A stretch of DNA of 64,000 bases from an uncultured Gammaproteobacteria bacterium. Its GTDB lineage: Bacteria; Pseudomonadota; Gammaproteobacteria; Chromatiales; Chromatiaceae. Position numbers and translations under genes: made by a program. Under the pieces are notes generated by a model. That model worked only from the letters and a program-made list of their open reading frames with translations, was not told the DNA's origin and searched no databases. Location of the stretch: assembly GCA_963707135.1 (NCBI GenBank), contig CAVPOY010000025.1, forward strand, positions 24,649 through 88,648. Direction: 5' to 3'. Below, in pieces: positions 44,884-57,785 of the stretch. Position 1 is the first letter of the stretch; each line of letters begins with the position of its first letter.

Positions 44884-45381
44884 TCAGTCCGCGGTCTCCA
44901 CCCCGATTGCCTCCAGCCCCCGCCGGATGATGCCCCCGCGTTCCTTGTAGTCCGGGACCTCAACGACAATCTCCGTCGGTTCGCGGGCGGCCGCGCGCCG
45001 TGAGTCCGGCCGGATGTCTCCTTCGATTCGTGTAAGAGCGTCGTCCTGGAAAAACAGCGTAAGGTAGCGGATCTCGATCGGCTCGTGCCCGCGTTGGATG
45101 CTGTAGGTGTAGTCCCAGCGGTCGGCATGGAAGAAATCCGCGAGCGATGGCGTGCCGAGCAGGTAACGCACCTGGCGTTTGTTCATGCCGATCTCGAGCG
45201 CGTCGATCATCTCCGGGGTAATGATGTTCCCCTGCTGCACCGTCATCTTGTAGACAAAGGGCAGATCCTCCAACGCGGACGACTGGTATTCGTCCGGCTT
45301 TTCCTCGCCGGAGCAGCCCGCCGCCATCAAGGCGCCGATCGCCAGCGGTCCCCAAATAAACCAAGTGAGAAGCTTTCGCAT
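44884..45381 (-). CDS. bamE: outer membrane protein assembly factor BamE (SmpA/OmlA)
   Basis: Start at Met 45381 (MRKLLTWFIWGPLAIGALMAAGCSG lipobox) and an SmpA_OmlA core (QGNIITPEMIDALEIGMNKRQVRYLLGTP). Divergent from fur, as in pseudomonads. Confidence 0.85.
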   Translation of the reverse strand: MRKLLTWFIWGPLAIGALMAAGCSGEEKPDEYQSSALEDLPFVYKMTVQQGNIITPEMIDALEIGMNKRQVRYLLGTPSLADFFHADRWDYTYSIQRGHEPIEIRYLTLFFQDDALTRIEGDIRPDSRRAAAREPTEIVVEVPDYKERGGIIRRGLEAIGVETAD

Positions 45382-45472
45382 CTTGTTATGATTCGGGATG
45401 CCATTGTTAAGCTCTCGATGATACAGCAGGCTTGGTCCCCGATCACCGACAGGCTGGGGCTGGGGGTCTGAA

Positions 45473-45895
45473 ATGGACAGCCAGGAAATCAAACGGGCCG
45501 GGCTCAAGGTTACGCTTCCCCGCGTGAAGGTGCTCAACGTCCTCGAGAACAGCGGGCGGCGTCATCTGAGCGCCGAGGATGTGTACAAGGAACTGCTCGG
45601 CAAGGGCGAGGATATCGGGCTCGCAACCGTTTATCGGGTGCTGACCCAGTTCGAAAACGCTGGGCTTGTCTGCCGGCGTAACTTCGAGAGCGGTCAATCC
45701 GTGTTCGAGCTCGACAGCGGCCATCATCATGACCATCTGGTCTGCGTCCGATGCGGCAAGGTGGTGGAGTTCGTGGACAGCCTGATCGAGGAGCGTCAGG
45801 AGGCGATCGCCGAGGCGCACGGGTTCAGGATCGAGGACCACTCGCTGGTTGTCTACGGGATTTGCCCGAAATGCGAGGGGTCCGAGCCGCGGTGA
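45473..45895 (+). CDS. fur: ferric uptake regulator
   Basis: LKVTLPRVKVLNVLE...HLSAEDVYKEL...ATVYRVLTQFENAGLV...HHHDHLVCVRCGKVVEF...CPKC. Confidence 0.95.
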   Translation: MDSQEIKRAGLKVTLPRVKVLNVLENSGRRHLSAEDVYKELLGKGEDIGLATVYRVLTQFENAGLVCRRNFESGQSVFELDSGHHHDHLVCVRCGKVVEFVDSLIEERQEAIAEAHGFRIEDHSLVVYGICPKCEGSEPR

Positions 45896-45976
45896 TCCGG
45901 CAACCCCGGTCCCGCCGGGCCGGTTCGGCAACCCTTGAACTCTTCCGGGCCGGTGGCCCGGGGCCTCGGCAATAGC

Positions 45977-47645
45977 TCAGCGGCCCCAGCCGAGCATTTC
46001 GCTCGCGTGGTCCAGGGTGCGGGTCGTGATCTCGGTTCCGCCGAGCATTCGGGCGATCTCGCTAACCCGACCGCTCTCGTCCAATGGCTCGATGAGTGCG
46101 AAGGTCTGACCGTCCCGCGACTCCTTGCGGACGCGCAGCTGCCGATGGGCCTGGGCCGCGACCTGGGGCAGGTGCGTCACGCAGAGGACCTGCCGGGACG
46201 CCCCGAGCAGACGCAGCAGACGCCCGACGATTTCCGCGACTCCGCCCCCGATGCCGACGTCGACCTCGTCGAAGACCAGCGTCGGCACGCTGCCGCATTC
46301 GGCTGTGGCCACCTGTATGCCGAGGCTGATCCGTGACAGCTCGCCGCCGGAGGCGACCTTTGCCAGTGGCTGCAGCGGCTGGCCGGGGTTGGCGCTGACC
46401 AGGAACTCGATGCGCTCCAGTCCGCCGGCGTTCGCCGCCTCGTCCGGGAGCGGGTCGATCCGGACGCTGAACGTTCCGCCGGCCATACCGAGCTGCTGCA
46501 TCGCCGCGGTGACCGTGTCCCCGAGCCTGCACCGCCGTCTCGGCACGGGCCGCGCCGAGCGCTCGGGCTCGCTCGTCGAACCCCCGCCAGGCGGCATCCC
46601 GCGCGTCGCGCAGACCACCCAGCGCCTCGTCAGCCCGCTCCAGCCCGTCGAGCTCGGCGCGCCGATCGCGGAGGACCTCCGGTAGTCGTTCGGGTGTGAT
46701 CCGGTACTTGCGCGCCATGTCGTGCAGCAACGCGACCCGGCGTTCCACGGCGTCCTGAGCGGCCGGGTCGAGCTCCAGACGATCCAGGTAGTGCCGAAGA
46801 TTGCCGGCGGCTTCCTTGACCTGGATCGCGGCCGTCTCCAGCAGATCGCGGCTATCGGAAAGCTCGGGGTCCAGCTCCGCGAGCCCGCCAATCTCGGCGG
46901 CGGCCGACCCGAGCTGGTCTTCCAGCGAGGGGTCGGACTCGCTCAGGAGCTGAATGACCCGAGCGGTGGCCTCCTGAAATTGACCAAGGTTGGCCAGACG
47001 ACGCTGTTCCCGCTCCAGGGTCTCGACCTCCGCCGCCGTGACCCCAAGATCCTCGAGCTCCGAGACCTGAAATCGCAGCAGGTCGAGCCGCTGGGCCCGT
47101 TCTCCGGCCGCCGCCTCGAGGTTCGCCAGCTCTCGACTGGTCGAGTGCCACTCGCGGTAGTGCGCCGCGACCTCGGCGGCCAGGTCGGTGTGCTCGCCGT
47201 AGGCGTCCAGAAGGTCCCGTTGGTCACGGGGACGGAGCAGCGACTGGTGGGCGTGCTGCCCGTGAATATCGACCAGCAGGTCACCCAGGCGGCGCAGCTG
47301 GGCACCGGTAGTCGGCCGGCCGTTGATATAGGCGCGCGATCGGCCTTCGCGGACGATCAGCCGGCGAATGATGCACTCGCCGTCCTCATCGAGCGCCTCC
47401 GAGGCGAGCCAGTCGCGGGCGCGGGGACAGCGGCCCAGGTCGAAACTGGCGATGATCTCGGATCGCTCGCAGCCCGCTCGGATCACGGTCGCGTCGGCCT
47501 TCTCGCCAAGCACCAGGCCTAGGGCATCGATCAGGATCGATTTTCCGGCGCCCGTCTCACCGGTTAGAGCGGTCATGCCGCCGTCGCAATCGAGCTCCAG
47601 ATGGCTGACGATGGCCAGGTCCCTGACCAGCATGTGCGTCAGCAT
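45977..47645 (-). pseudogene. recN: DNA repair protein RecN, frame interrupted by a 1-nt shift near 46520-46535
   Basis: The N-terminal approximately 370 aa (MLTHMLVRDLAIVSHLELDCDGGMTALTGETGAGKSILIDAL... to ...FDERARALGAARAETAVQ) lie in the frame of ORF 46062..48077. The C-terminal part (LGDTVTAAMQQLGMAGGTFSVRIDP...ASGGELSRISLGIQV...LVFDEVDVGIGGG...) lies in the frame of ORF 45977..46891. The length of 1669 nt is not a multiple of 3. Confidence 0.9.
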
Positions 47646-48535
47646 GGGCCATTCGCCCTGGGATGTCCGCCCCAGCGGAGCTTGGCGCGTAGGATCTGAA
47701 AGTGATCGTGACCTCTCGGGTGCAGCAGGCAGACCTCGTCCGCGTGTCGTGCGATGCTGACGCATGCCTGGCGCGGAAGTGGGAGGTCCGTTTGGCCGTC
47801 GCAGGAGACATGCGCATGGCCGTGGTCCTGCCCGCAGACGCGGATCTCGATCCGGCGGTCGCCGGGTACCACCAGCGGCCGATTGCTCAGATCGTGGGGA
47901 CAGATCGGCACGAGCATAATGGCATCGAGGGACGGGTCGATCAGAGGTCCGCCGCCGGAAAGCGCGTAGGCCGTCGAGCCGGTCGGCGTGGCGACGATAA
48001 GTCCATCGGATCGTTGGGCATTGACGAAGACCCCGTCGATGTAGGTCTCGAACTCGATCATGCGGGCCGTGTTCCACTTATGGATCACGACGTCGTTGAG
48101 AGCCAGGTACGCCGGTGTCACGGTCTCTTGCGAGACAACGCTGGCGCTGAGCAGCGAGCGGGTGTCCGAGTCGTACTCCCCGGCCAGTACCCTATCGAGG
48201 GCGTGCTCGATGTCGTCCGGCGATATATCGACGAGGAACCCAAGCCGACCCAGATTGATGCCAAGCAGGGGCACGCCGTGCCGCGCCATCGCGCGAGCGG
48301 CGTGCAGCAGGGTGCCATCGCCGCCGATAACGACCACCAGGTCGCTTGTGTCGCCGATCTCCTCGAGCGAGAGGCCCGCGACGCGGTCGCTCGCGAGCAG
48401 ACGCACGCCTTCGGAGTCGAGCAGTACCTCCCGTTCGCGAAGCCGAAGGTGATCGCTCAAGCGGCGCAGCGTGACGCTGACTTTCTCCGGATCGCCTTGT
48501 TTAACTACGATGCCGACGGTTTCGAATTGCGGCAT
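47639..48535 (-). CDS. nadK: NAD(+) kinase
   Basis: 298 aa with GGDGTLL and the NAD-kinase C-terminal region (TPTGSTAYALSGGGP). Its stop overlaps the recN start region. Confidence 0.93.
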   Translation of the reverse strand: MPQFETVGIVVKQGDPEKVSVTLRRLSDHLRLREREVLLDSEGVRLLASDRVAGLSLEEIGDTSDLVVVIGGDGTLLHAARAMARHGVPLLGINLGRLGFLVDISPDDIEHALDRVLAGEYDSDTRSLLSASVVSQETVTPAYLALNDVVIHKWNTARMIEFETYIDGVFVNAQRSDGLIVATPTGSTAYALSGGGPLIDPSLDAIMLVPICPHDLSNRPLVVPGDRRIEIRVCGQDHGHAHVSCDGQTDLPLPRQACVSIARHADEVCLLHPRGHDHFQILRAKLRWGGHPRANGPC

Positions 48536-48655
48536 GGGGGTCGCTGCAGGTCGTTGGCGGGCGGTTGGGACGCCGGAACGTTAGCACGGGGCGGCGACCG
48601 CGCCAATAGTGCCGCCGGGTGCGTGTTATTGGCGCGAACGGCGACAGCCCCGCCC

Positions 48656-48684
48656 TTGACAGTCCTGCGTCGAATCCCTAGATT
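48656..48684 (+). promoter_or_regulatory. sigma70-type promoter TTGACA-17-TAGATT upstream of hrcA
   Basis: Perfect -35 at 48656-48661, a 17-nt spacer and -10 TAGATT at 48679-48684, immediately upstream of the CIRCE element. Confidence 0.6.
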
Positions 48685-48691
48685 GACCGGG

Positions 48692-48718
48692 TTAGCACTC
48701 GGTCTTTAGGAGTGCTAA
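48692..48718 (+). promoter_or_regulatory. CIRCE operator (HrcA binding site), perfect TTAGCACTC-N9-GAGTGCTAA
   Basis: An exact match to the CIRCE consensus inverted repeat: ttagcactc ggtctttag gagtgctaa. It starts 8 nt after the -10 hexamer, about 145 nt upstream of hrcA. Confidence 0.9.
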
Positions 48719-48861
48719 CAGCCGCCGGGACCGGTCTTCAGTGCTACAGGCGAAACGCGCCGTCGTACTAGCGTGCATCGAACACCGCGCCGCCGGCCGA
48801 TAGCGTAAGGCCGGGCCGGTACCCAGTAAATCCTCAGACGCCAGGAGCCCGCGAGCACAGG

Positions 48862-49914
48862 TTGGCATCCCAGCTGCGACAAGGCGACCCGCAGGTTAGC
48901 GACCGTGCGATGCATTTCCTGAAGGCGCTGGTCGAGCGCTACATCAGGGAAGGGCAGCCCGTGGGGTCGCGAACTCTGGCGAGGGACACGGGACTGGATC
49001 TCAGTCCGGCGACGGTCCGCAACGTGATGGCGGACCTCGAGGACATGGGCTTCATCGTCTCCCCGCACACCTCCGCGGGTCGCGTGCCGACGGTGGCCGG
49101 TTACAGGCTGTTCGTCGATTCACTGCTGACGGTCCGGCCGCCGACCGACGAGGACGTTGAGGCCCTGAGGCTGCGCTTCGCAACCGCCGGTGACGCCAAG
49201 ACTCTGATTGAGACGGCGTCCGAGCTCCTTTCGGGCGTCACGCACATGGCGGGCGTGGTGATGATGCCGCGACGGGAGCGCAACGCCTTTCGCCAGATCG
49301 AGCTGCTGCCGCTGTCCGGGGTGAGGGTGCTGGCGATCCTGGTTACCGGCGAGGGCGAGGTGCACAACCGGGTCATCACCACGGAGCGGCAGTTCACGCC
49401 CTCGCAGCTCGAACAGGCGGCAAATTATTTGAACCAGGTCTTTACCGGCCAGGACCTGAAGGACGTGCGCAAGCGGCTGATCGATGACCTGAAGCGCACC
49501 CACGAGAATATGGATCAGCTCATGATGCGCGCCGTGGCGCTCGCACACGAGGTCGTCGAGGCCGCGGAACGCAAGGATGACTGTTATATCGCCGGGCAGA
49601 CCAACCTAATGGAGTTTGGCGAGCTGGCGAGCATGGAGCGGCTCAAGCAGCTTTTCGATGCCTTCAACCAGAAGCGGGAGATCCTGCACATCCTGGATCG
49701 TTGTATCGCGGCGGAGGGCGTTCAGATCTTCATTGGCGACGAGTCCGGTTACGGGCTGCTCGACGACTGCAGCGTGGTGACCCGGGCCTACCGGGTTGAG
49801 GATCAGGTGGTCGGAGTGCTCGGCGTCATCGGCCCGGCACGGATGGACTACGAGCGGGTGATCCCGATCGTCGACGTCACGGCACGGCTCCTTGCCGCCG
49901 CACTTCGGAAGTGA
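48862..49914 (+). CDS. hrcA: heat-inducible transcription repressor HrcA
   Basis: RAMHFLKALVERYIREGQPVGSRTLARDTGLDLSPATVRNVMADLEDMGFIVSPHTSAGRVPT. The start is uncertain (TTG 48862 in the ORF track; ATG 48910 is an alternative). Confidence 0.9.
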   Translation: MASQLRQGDPQVSDRAMHFLKALVERYIREGQPVGSRTLARDTGLDLSPATVRNVMADLEDMGFIVSPHTSAGRVPTVAGYRLFVDSLLTVRPPTDEDVEALRLRFATAGDAKTLIETASELLSGVTHMAGVVMMPRRERNAFRQIELLPLSGVRVLAILVTGEGEVHNRVITTERQFTPSQLEQAANYLNQVFTGQDLKDVRKRLIDDLKRTHENMDQLMMRAVALAHEVVEAAERKDDCYIAGQTNLMEFGELASMERLKQLFDAFNQKREILHILDRCIAAEGVQIFIGDESGYGLLDDCSVVTRAYRVEDQVVGVLGVIGPARMDYERVIPIVDVTARLLAAALRK

Positions 49915-49991
49915 AACGCAACGCTTGAACGATCCGGGCACCGGGTCTCTCGACGGGATTCATCGGTACCTACGTTCAAGCCGACGGAGAT

Positions 49992-50612
49992 TTGCAGATG
50001 GTTACGGATACGCAGGACACGGGCTCCTCGGCACCCGGGGTCGCGCCCGATTCGGCCGGGGAGGATTCCAGGACCCTTGAGCCGGAATCGGACGAGCCGA
50101 TCGCGGTGGAGCAGCGCGCCGCGACCGCGGACGAGTTGGCGGCCGAGCTCGCCGCCGCCCGCGCCAAGGCGGACGAGAACTGGGACCAGCTCTTGCGCGC
50201 CCGCGCCGAGATGGAGAACCTGCGGCGCCGTCACGCGACGGAGCTGGAAAAGGCCCACAAGTTCGCGCTCGACGGTTTCGTGCGCGAGCTGCTGCAGGTG
50301 CGCGACAGCCTGGAGCTCGGCCACGGGGCAGCGCAGGAAGAGGCCACGAGCATCGCGAAGCTGCGCGAGGGGACCGAGCTGACGCTCAAGCTGCTGGGCG
50401 ACGTCATGAGCAAATTCGGCGTCGAGGTCATCGAGCCGCTCGGGGAGACTTTCGACCCGCAGTACCACCAGGCCATGGCCATGCAGCCGCGCGACGACGT
50501 CGCGCCGAACACCGTCGTGACCGTCGTTCAGAAGGGCTACACGCTCAACGGTCGGCTCGTTCGTCCGGCGATGGTCATGGTGTCCCGGCCCGGATCCGGC
50601 CAACAGGCTTGA
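49992..50612 (+). CDS. grpE: nucleotide exchange factor GrpE
   Basis: LLRARAEMENLRRRHATELEKAHKFALDGFVRELLQVRDSLE...GYTLNGRLVRPAMV. Confidence 0.95.
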   Translation: MQMVTDTQDTGSSAPGVAPDSAGEDSRTLEPESDEPIAVEQRAATADELAAELAAARAKADENWDQLLRARAEMENLRRRHATELEKAHKFALDGFVRELLQVRDSLELGHGAAQEEATSIAKLREGTELTLKLLGDVMSKFGVEVIEPLGETFDPQYHQAMAMQPRDDVAPNTVVTVVQKGYTLNGRLVRPAMVMVSRPGSGQQA

Positions 50613-50636
50613 ACGGCACAAGGTTTTCCCCCAACT
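50608..50636 (+). promoter_or_regulatory. candidate sigma32 (RpoH) promoter CTTGAA-N14-CCCCCAACT upstream of dnaK
   Basis: cttgaa (50608-50613, overlapping the grpE TGA), a 14-nt spacer, then cccccaact (50628-50636). Compare the consensus CTTGAAA-N13-15-CCCCATNT. It lies 55 nt before the dnaK ATG. Confidence 0.4.
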
Positions 50637-50690
50637 GAATCAGCAATTCGGCGCCGAGGCGCCGCCGCAGAGACATCGGAGACAACGTTA

Positions 50691-52631
<1,941 letters not shown>

Positions 52632-52661
52632 AGCGCCCCTAGCGGTCGTCTCGAAACAGCC

Positions 52662-52702
52662 GGCGTGCGGGCGGAGCCCGCACGCCGCCTGTTTTTGTTT
52701 TT
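52662..52702 (+). terminator. intrinsic terminator/attenuator between dnaK and dnaJ
   Basis: A 10-bp stem ggcgtgcggg/cccgcacgcc with a 5-nt loop is followed by gcctgtttttgttttttctc. Confidence 0.7.
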
Positions 52703-52736
52703 TCTCGTTGGCCGCTGAAGGCGGGTCTAATACAGC

Positions 52737-53873
52737 ATGTCAAAGCGCGACTACTACGAGGTCCTGGGAGTTCAGCGCAACGCCAGCGAGGCCGACATAA
52801 AAAAGGCCTTTCGGCGGCTCGCGATGAAGTACCACCCGGATCGCAACACCGGCGATGCGGATTCGGAGACCAAGTTCAAGGAGGCCAAGCTCGCCTACGA
52901 TGTGCTCAGCGATCCCAAGAAGCGCTCGGCCTACGACCAGTTTGGTCACGCCGGCGTCGAGGCGGGTGCCGGCGGGTTCGGGGGACCGGGCGATTTCGGC
53001 GGCGCGGGTTCGTTCTCGGACATCTTCGGGGATGTCTTCGGCGACATCTTCGGCGGCCGCGGCGGCGGTCGAGGGATCCGCCGCGGGGCGGACCTGCGCT
53101 ATGACCTGACCCTGTCGCTGGAGGAGGCGGTCGCCGGCAAGGACGTCAAGATCCGTATCCCGACGCTGGTCGAATGCCAGTTCTGCGGGGGATCCGGTGC
53201 CAAGCCGGGCACCAAGCCTAAGACCTGCCCAACCTGCAACGGCAATGGGCAGGTGCGGATGCAGCAGGGGTTCTTCTCGATCCAGCAGACCTGCCCCCAG
53301 TGTCGGGGCGCCGGGACAATGATCGAAGAGCCCTGCGGCCATTGTCGCGGTCGGGGTCGAATACAGGAAGAGAAGACACTCTCGGTGAAGGTGCCGGCCG
53401 GGGTGGACACCGGCGACCGTATCCGGCTCGCCGGCGAAGGCGAGCGCGCGGAGCATGGCGGAGTGCCGGGCGATCTCTACGTCCAGGTCCAGGTACAGCC
53501 GCATCCGATCTTCAGCCGCGAGGACAACCACCTCTTCTGCGAGGTACCGATCGGTTTCGTCAGCGCCGCGCTCGGCGGTGAGCTAGAGGTTCCAACCCTC
53601 GGCGGCAAGGTGATGCTCAAGATCCCGGCCGGTACCCAGACGGGCAAGGTGTTCCGTGTCCGGGGCAAGGGCGTGAAGCCGGTGCGCGGCGGCGCCATCG
53701 GCGATTTGATGTGCCGGGTGGTCGTCGAGACCCCCGTGAACCTGACCGACCGTCAGGTGGAGCTGCTGCGGGAATTCGAGGACACCGTTCAAGCCGGCGG
53801 TGAGCGTCACAGCCCTCAGTCGCATTCCTGGATCGACGGCGTGAAGAGCTTTTTCGAGCGGATGGGGTTCTAA
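52737..53873 (+). CDS. dnaJ: molecular chaperone DnaJ
   Basis: J-domain (DYYEVLGV...YHPDRN), a G/F region and four CxxCxGxG zinc-finger repeats. Confidence 0.97.
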   Translation: MSKRDYYEVLGVQRNASEADIKKAFRRLAMKYHPDRNTGDADSETKFKEAKLAYDVLSDPKKRSAYDQFGHAGVEAGAGGFGGPGDFGGAGSFSDIFGDVFGDIFGGRGGGRGIRRGADLRYDLTLSLEEAVAGKDVKIRIPTLVECQFCGGSGAKPGTKPKTCPTCNGNGQVRMQQGFFSIQQTCPQCRGAGTMIEEPCGHCRGRGRIQEEKTLSVKVPAGVDTGDRIRLAGEGERAEHGGVPGDLYVQVQVQPHPIFSREDNHLFCEVPIGFVSAALGGELEVPTLGGKVMLKIPAGTQTGKVFRVRGKGVKPVRGGAIGDLMCRVVVETPVNLTDRQVELLREFEDTVQAGGERHSPQSHSWIDGVKSFFERMGF

Positions 53874-53899
53874 AGTCGGGTCGCGCGTTCAGGCGGTAG

Positions 53900-54823
<924 letters not shown>

Positions 54824-55038
54824 CGCCAGGTAAGGTCCGCAGCCAGTCCTGACCGCGTCGGTAGCGGTTCGACTTTGCAACAAAACTAGCCCTCGCCGCG
54901 TAGACACGCGGGTTTGACTGATTTTGATTACGCGCGACAAGCGAAACGGGGGCTGGTCAGTACTGTGTTCAAGCGGCTGCACCCAGGCAAGCGCAACGAT
55001 ACTAAATCGTCTGCCGAGAGTCCCCTAAGCCGAAACCG

Positions 55039-55869
55039 TTAGTAGTAGTGCCGAAGAGGAACGTTAGACTTATTAAGAACCACACCCAGCACATTCGTGC
55101 CCCTTAGTAACCGAAGACTTTCTTCGAGCTCCGGTTTACGGGTCGATCCATCCGCTACGACGAGAATAACGCAGTCTACTTGCGGCAAAAATCCGATGGT
55201 GTCGTCCGTGGGCAATATGGGCGGTAAATCGAAAATGCTTATCCGGTCTGCCGCATCGGATTTCAATACCTCGACGAGGGACCGCATCTTGGGCGCCGTC
55301 AGCATCTCCGCGGCGTTTCTGTATACTTTGGCATTAGGAAGGATCAATAGTCGTGGTATCCCGGGACTTACGAGTACGGCTTCGAGTGAGAGGCTTCTCT
55401 CTAGAAAGTCGGAAAGGTCGTGATTCGTATGCAAACCCAGGTAGTGGCCGATTTTGGGGCGTCTGAGATCGAGATCTGCGAGCAGAACCTCCGGTGCGGT
55501 TTGTTGAGCCATACTGAGAGCAAGATTAATGGCAACCGTCGTCTTTCCGCACTCCGGCATCGGTGATGTTATGGCCAAAGTACGGAATCCCCTCTCCCGC
55601 ATTTCCCAGATTACGTGAGTACGCAGCATGTCGAAAGAAGTAGTCCGGGGATCATCCTTGTCCCCGGCGATTATGCGATGCCGTTCGAGGCAAAGGGGAT
55701 CAAGAGTCGTGGTTTCAACATCGATGGTTGAAATGCCATAGCGGCTAAGAGCACCCGTCTCACGGTGCCGCGATCTGGCCGGCGACGACACAGTCACGTC
55801 GCGTTTCTCCGCCATTCCGGCCTGGTCGGGATTCGTAAGAACTCTCCTTTGGCCTGACATCATCGACAT
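55039..55869 (-). CDS. CpsD/CapB-family polysaccharide co-polymerase tyrosine kinase/ATPase (EpsG-like)
   Basis: Walker A-like SPMPECGKTTVAINLA, Walker A'/B (VLLADLDLRRP; ISIFDLPPIL) and a C-terminal ...RHYY. Start chosen at the MSMMSGQ cluster (55869/55863/55860). Lower G+C than the core genes. Confidence 0.75.
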   Translation of the reverse strand: MSMMSGQRRVLTNPDQAGMAEKRDVTVSSPARSRHRETGALSRYGISTIDVETTTLDPLCLERHRIIAGDKDDPRTTSFDMLRTHVIWEMRERGFRTLAITSPMPECGKTTVAINLALSMAQQTAPEVLLADLDLRRPKIGHYLGLHTNHDLSDFLERSLSLEAVLVSPGIPRLLILPNAKVYRNAAEMLTAPKMRSLVEVLKSDAADRISIFDLPPILPTDDTIGFLPQVDCVILVVADGSTRKPELEESLRLLRGTNVLGVVLNKSNVPLRHYY

Positions 55870-56020
55870 CTCCTCGATCGGCCAACAATCCTGTCGCGAC
55901 GCCCTGATAGGCCAAAATCTGGTCCAAGAAGCTTGGCTCCGGTGACCCGCTTGGTATAAGACGAATTTCGAGGCCACCGACTATTGCGCGGGGAAACCTG
56001 ACGAACTTCAGAAATGCTCA

Positions 56021-57656
56021 TTACACAAGCCCCGCTGATTCTAGGAGAGAATCCAGTAGAACGTCGAGAGGCTGGTAAAAGAAGTGAATGATCGCCAGCG
56101 CCGCGACTAACAATAGCATGAAGGCGACAAATACCCATATTCCACGGGTGGCCCCCCGGCGTCTATCTTTAGCATTCTCGATGACTGGAATCACGGCGAT
56201 AGGATGACGCTGAAGGATCGAAGTCAACATCGCCGGACCTCGAATCGTATTATCAAGAAACTCAGCGATCCAAGCCGCTGCCGCGCCAGTGCCCACCGCT
56301 AAGGCAAATGCCAGCGCGTAGGCCTGTGGCTTGTTTGGCCACTCAGGGACGCTTGGTATCTGTGGGGCCTCTAACAACACGAAACGCTCGGCCTTCTGCT
56401 CTGCCTCGAGGTTCTCTGCCAGTTCCGCTTCCCTTTGCTTTGCAGCTGATTTCGTTGTACTCTGATATGGACTGGACTCGTAGTCCCTATTCAGGCTCTT
56501 GAGCTCTCTTTCGACCTGCGGCGTCTTAGAATGATCTCCTGTAGCGACTCAATCTTGTTCCTCGAGCTCATTCTTCTGGTCCCGAAGCGACGTCAATCGC
56601 GTATTGACGGTAACGATTTGGGAGTCGATCTGAGCAATGGCTGGATCGTATGCCTCGAGGCGCAGATCCTGTTCGTTGCCAGCCGGCCGTATCCTCACTT
56701 CGCGTTCTAATGCATCGATTCTTCGTCTAAGCCATGCCAGATCGGGATGGGCAGCTGAGTAAATAGCGGTCTTTTCGACGAACTCGATCCTAAGCGCGGC
56801 AAGCTGCTGAGCGGGAGAGTGGCGAGGCGATCAGAGGTGGCGCCTGCCGATCAACTCGTGCTGAGCGTAGACTCGCTGCGTTGAGAGGAATCTCCTTTCT
56901 TCTTCTAAGCCTGACGATCTCGCGATCGACGTCCCGTAAGGTTGGCTTCCGACACGCTGCAGCATACTTAAATGCAAGTCAAGATGCTCTGGCAGCGAAT
57001 CGCTATGCTCTTGCTTGTACGAGGCGACTCGCGCTTCGAGCACATTAACCTGTTGACCAAGTCGCGCGGCCTCCCGCTTAAGGAAGTCGGTCGTCTCGGA
57101 CGCACGTGCATTTCGAGTTCTGACGTTCTCATCGAGAAACGCAGTGACCAATTCGTTTGCCACAGCAGCGGCTATTTGTGGGTTGCGGTCCTCATACCCT
57201 ATCGTAAACGCAACAATGCCGCCCCTTGCGGCAACCGGGTCACGAATTGTTTCGAGGAAGATTCGGTTACGAAGCTTGTTAACAAGGACGGATTCCGGCT
57301 GCTTCCCCACGCTCTTCTGGGAAAAGCTGAAACGTATTGATGATCTCTTGAAGCCGCGACGTCGTCATGATCCGCTGATTGATGAATCCGATTCGTTCAT
57401 CGGCAAACCCCGAGATTGTTGATTGAACAAATCCTTCGGGAATTTGTTGAGATTCGACCGCGATTTTTCCAGTCGATCGATAGATGGGCGGCAATGCGTT
57501 TATCACCAGCAGCGACATGAGGAAAATCGTAAAGAGTACGAATCCACCAAGAACGCCACGCCGCTTCCCGATTGCTACGTAATCGTCTAAATTGAGGTTT
57601 CGATTTTCCACTCGTGAAAACTCGGCTTGGCTTCGTGCGATGCTGAACTGACCCAA
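56021..57656 (-). pseudogene. Wzz/GumC-type polysaccharide chain-length determinant (EpsF-like), disrupted
   Basis: The N-terminal Wzz part with a TM helix (ORF 57279..57656) shifts frame at a G4 run (plus-strand cccc 57305-57308) into ORF 56831..57310. That frame then continues to 56021 but contains in-frame TGA codons at 56831-56833 and 56549-56551. The coiled-coil middle (QQLAALRIEFVEKTAIYSAAHPDLAWLRRRIDALERE) and the C-terminal GNVR-like/TM end (ORF 56021..56380) are recognisable. Length 1636 nt is not divisible by 3. Confidence 0.75.
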
Positions 57657-57785
57657 AAATCACAGAAAATGTCTTGCCACTGAGAGCATACCACTCGTTA
57701 GGACGGACATGATTGCTAACAGAGAGCTCAAAGGGAAACGGTTGCCCGAGGTGGGGGAAACGTTGTTCGGTACCAGCGAAGCGTG

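Noticed and set aside
45382-45472. Fur box expected in the bamE-fur divergent intergenic region
   Set aside because: Only weak partial similarity (gttatgattcgggatgccattgtt) to GATAATGATAATCATTATC. This is not enough to call a site.
56549-56833. Two in-frame TGA codons in the Wzz-like gene as possible selenocysteine or readthrough sites
   Set aside because: TGA is used as an ordinary stop by neighbouring genes, including nirS, aat and the DUF482 gene. No SECIS-like hairpin follows. The gene also carries frameshifts, so decay is the simpler explanation.
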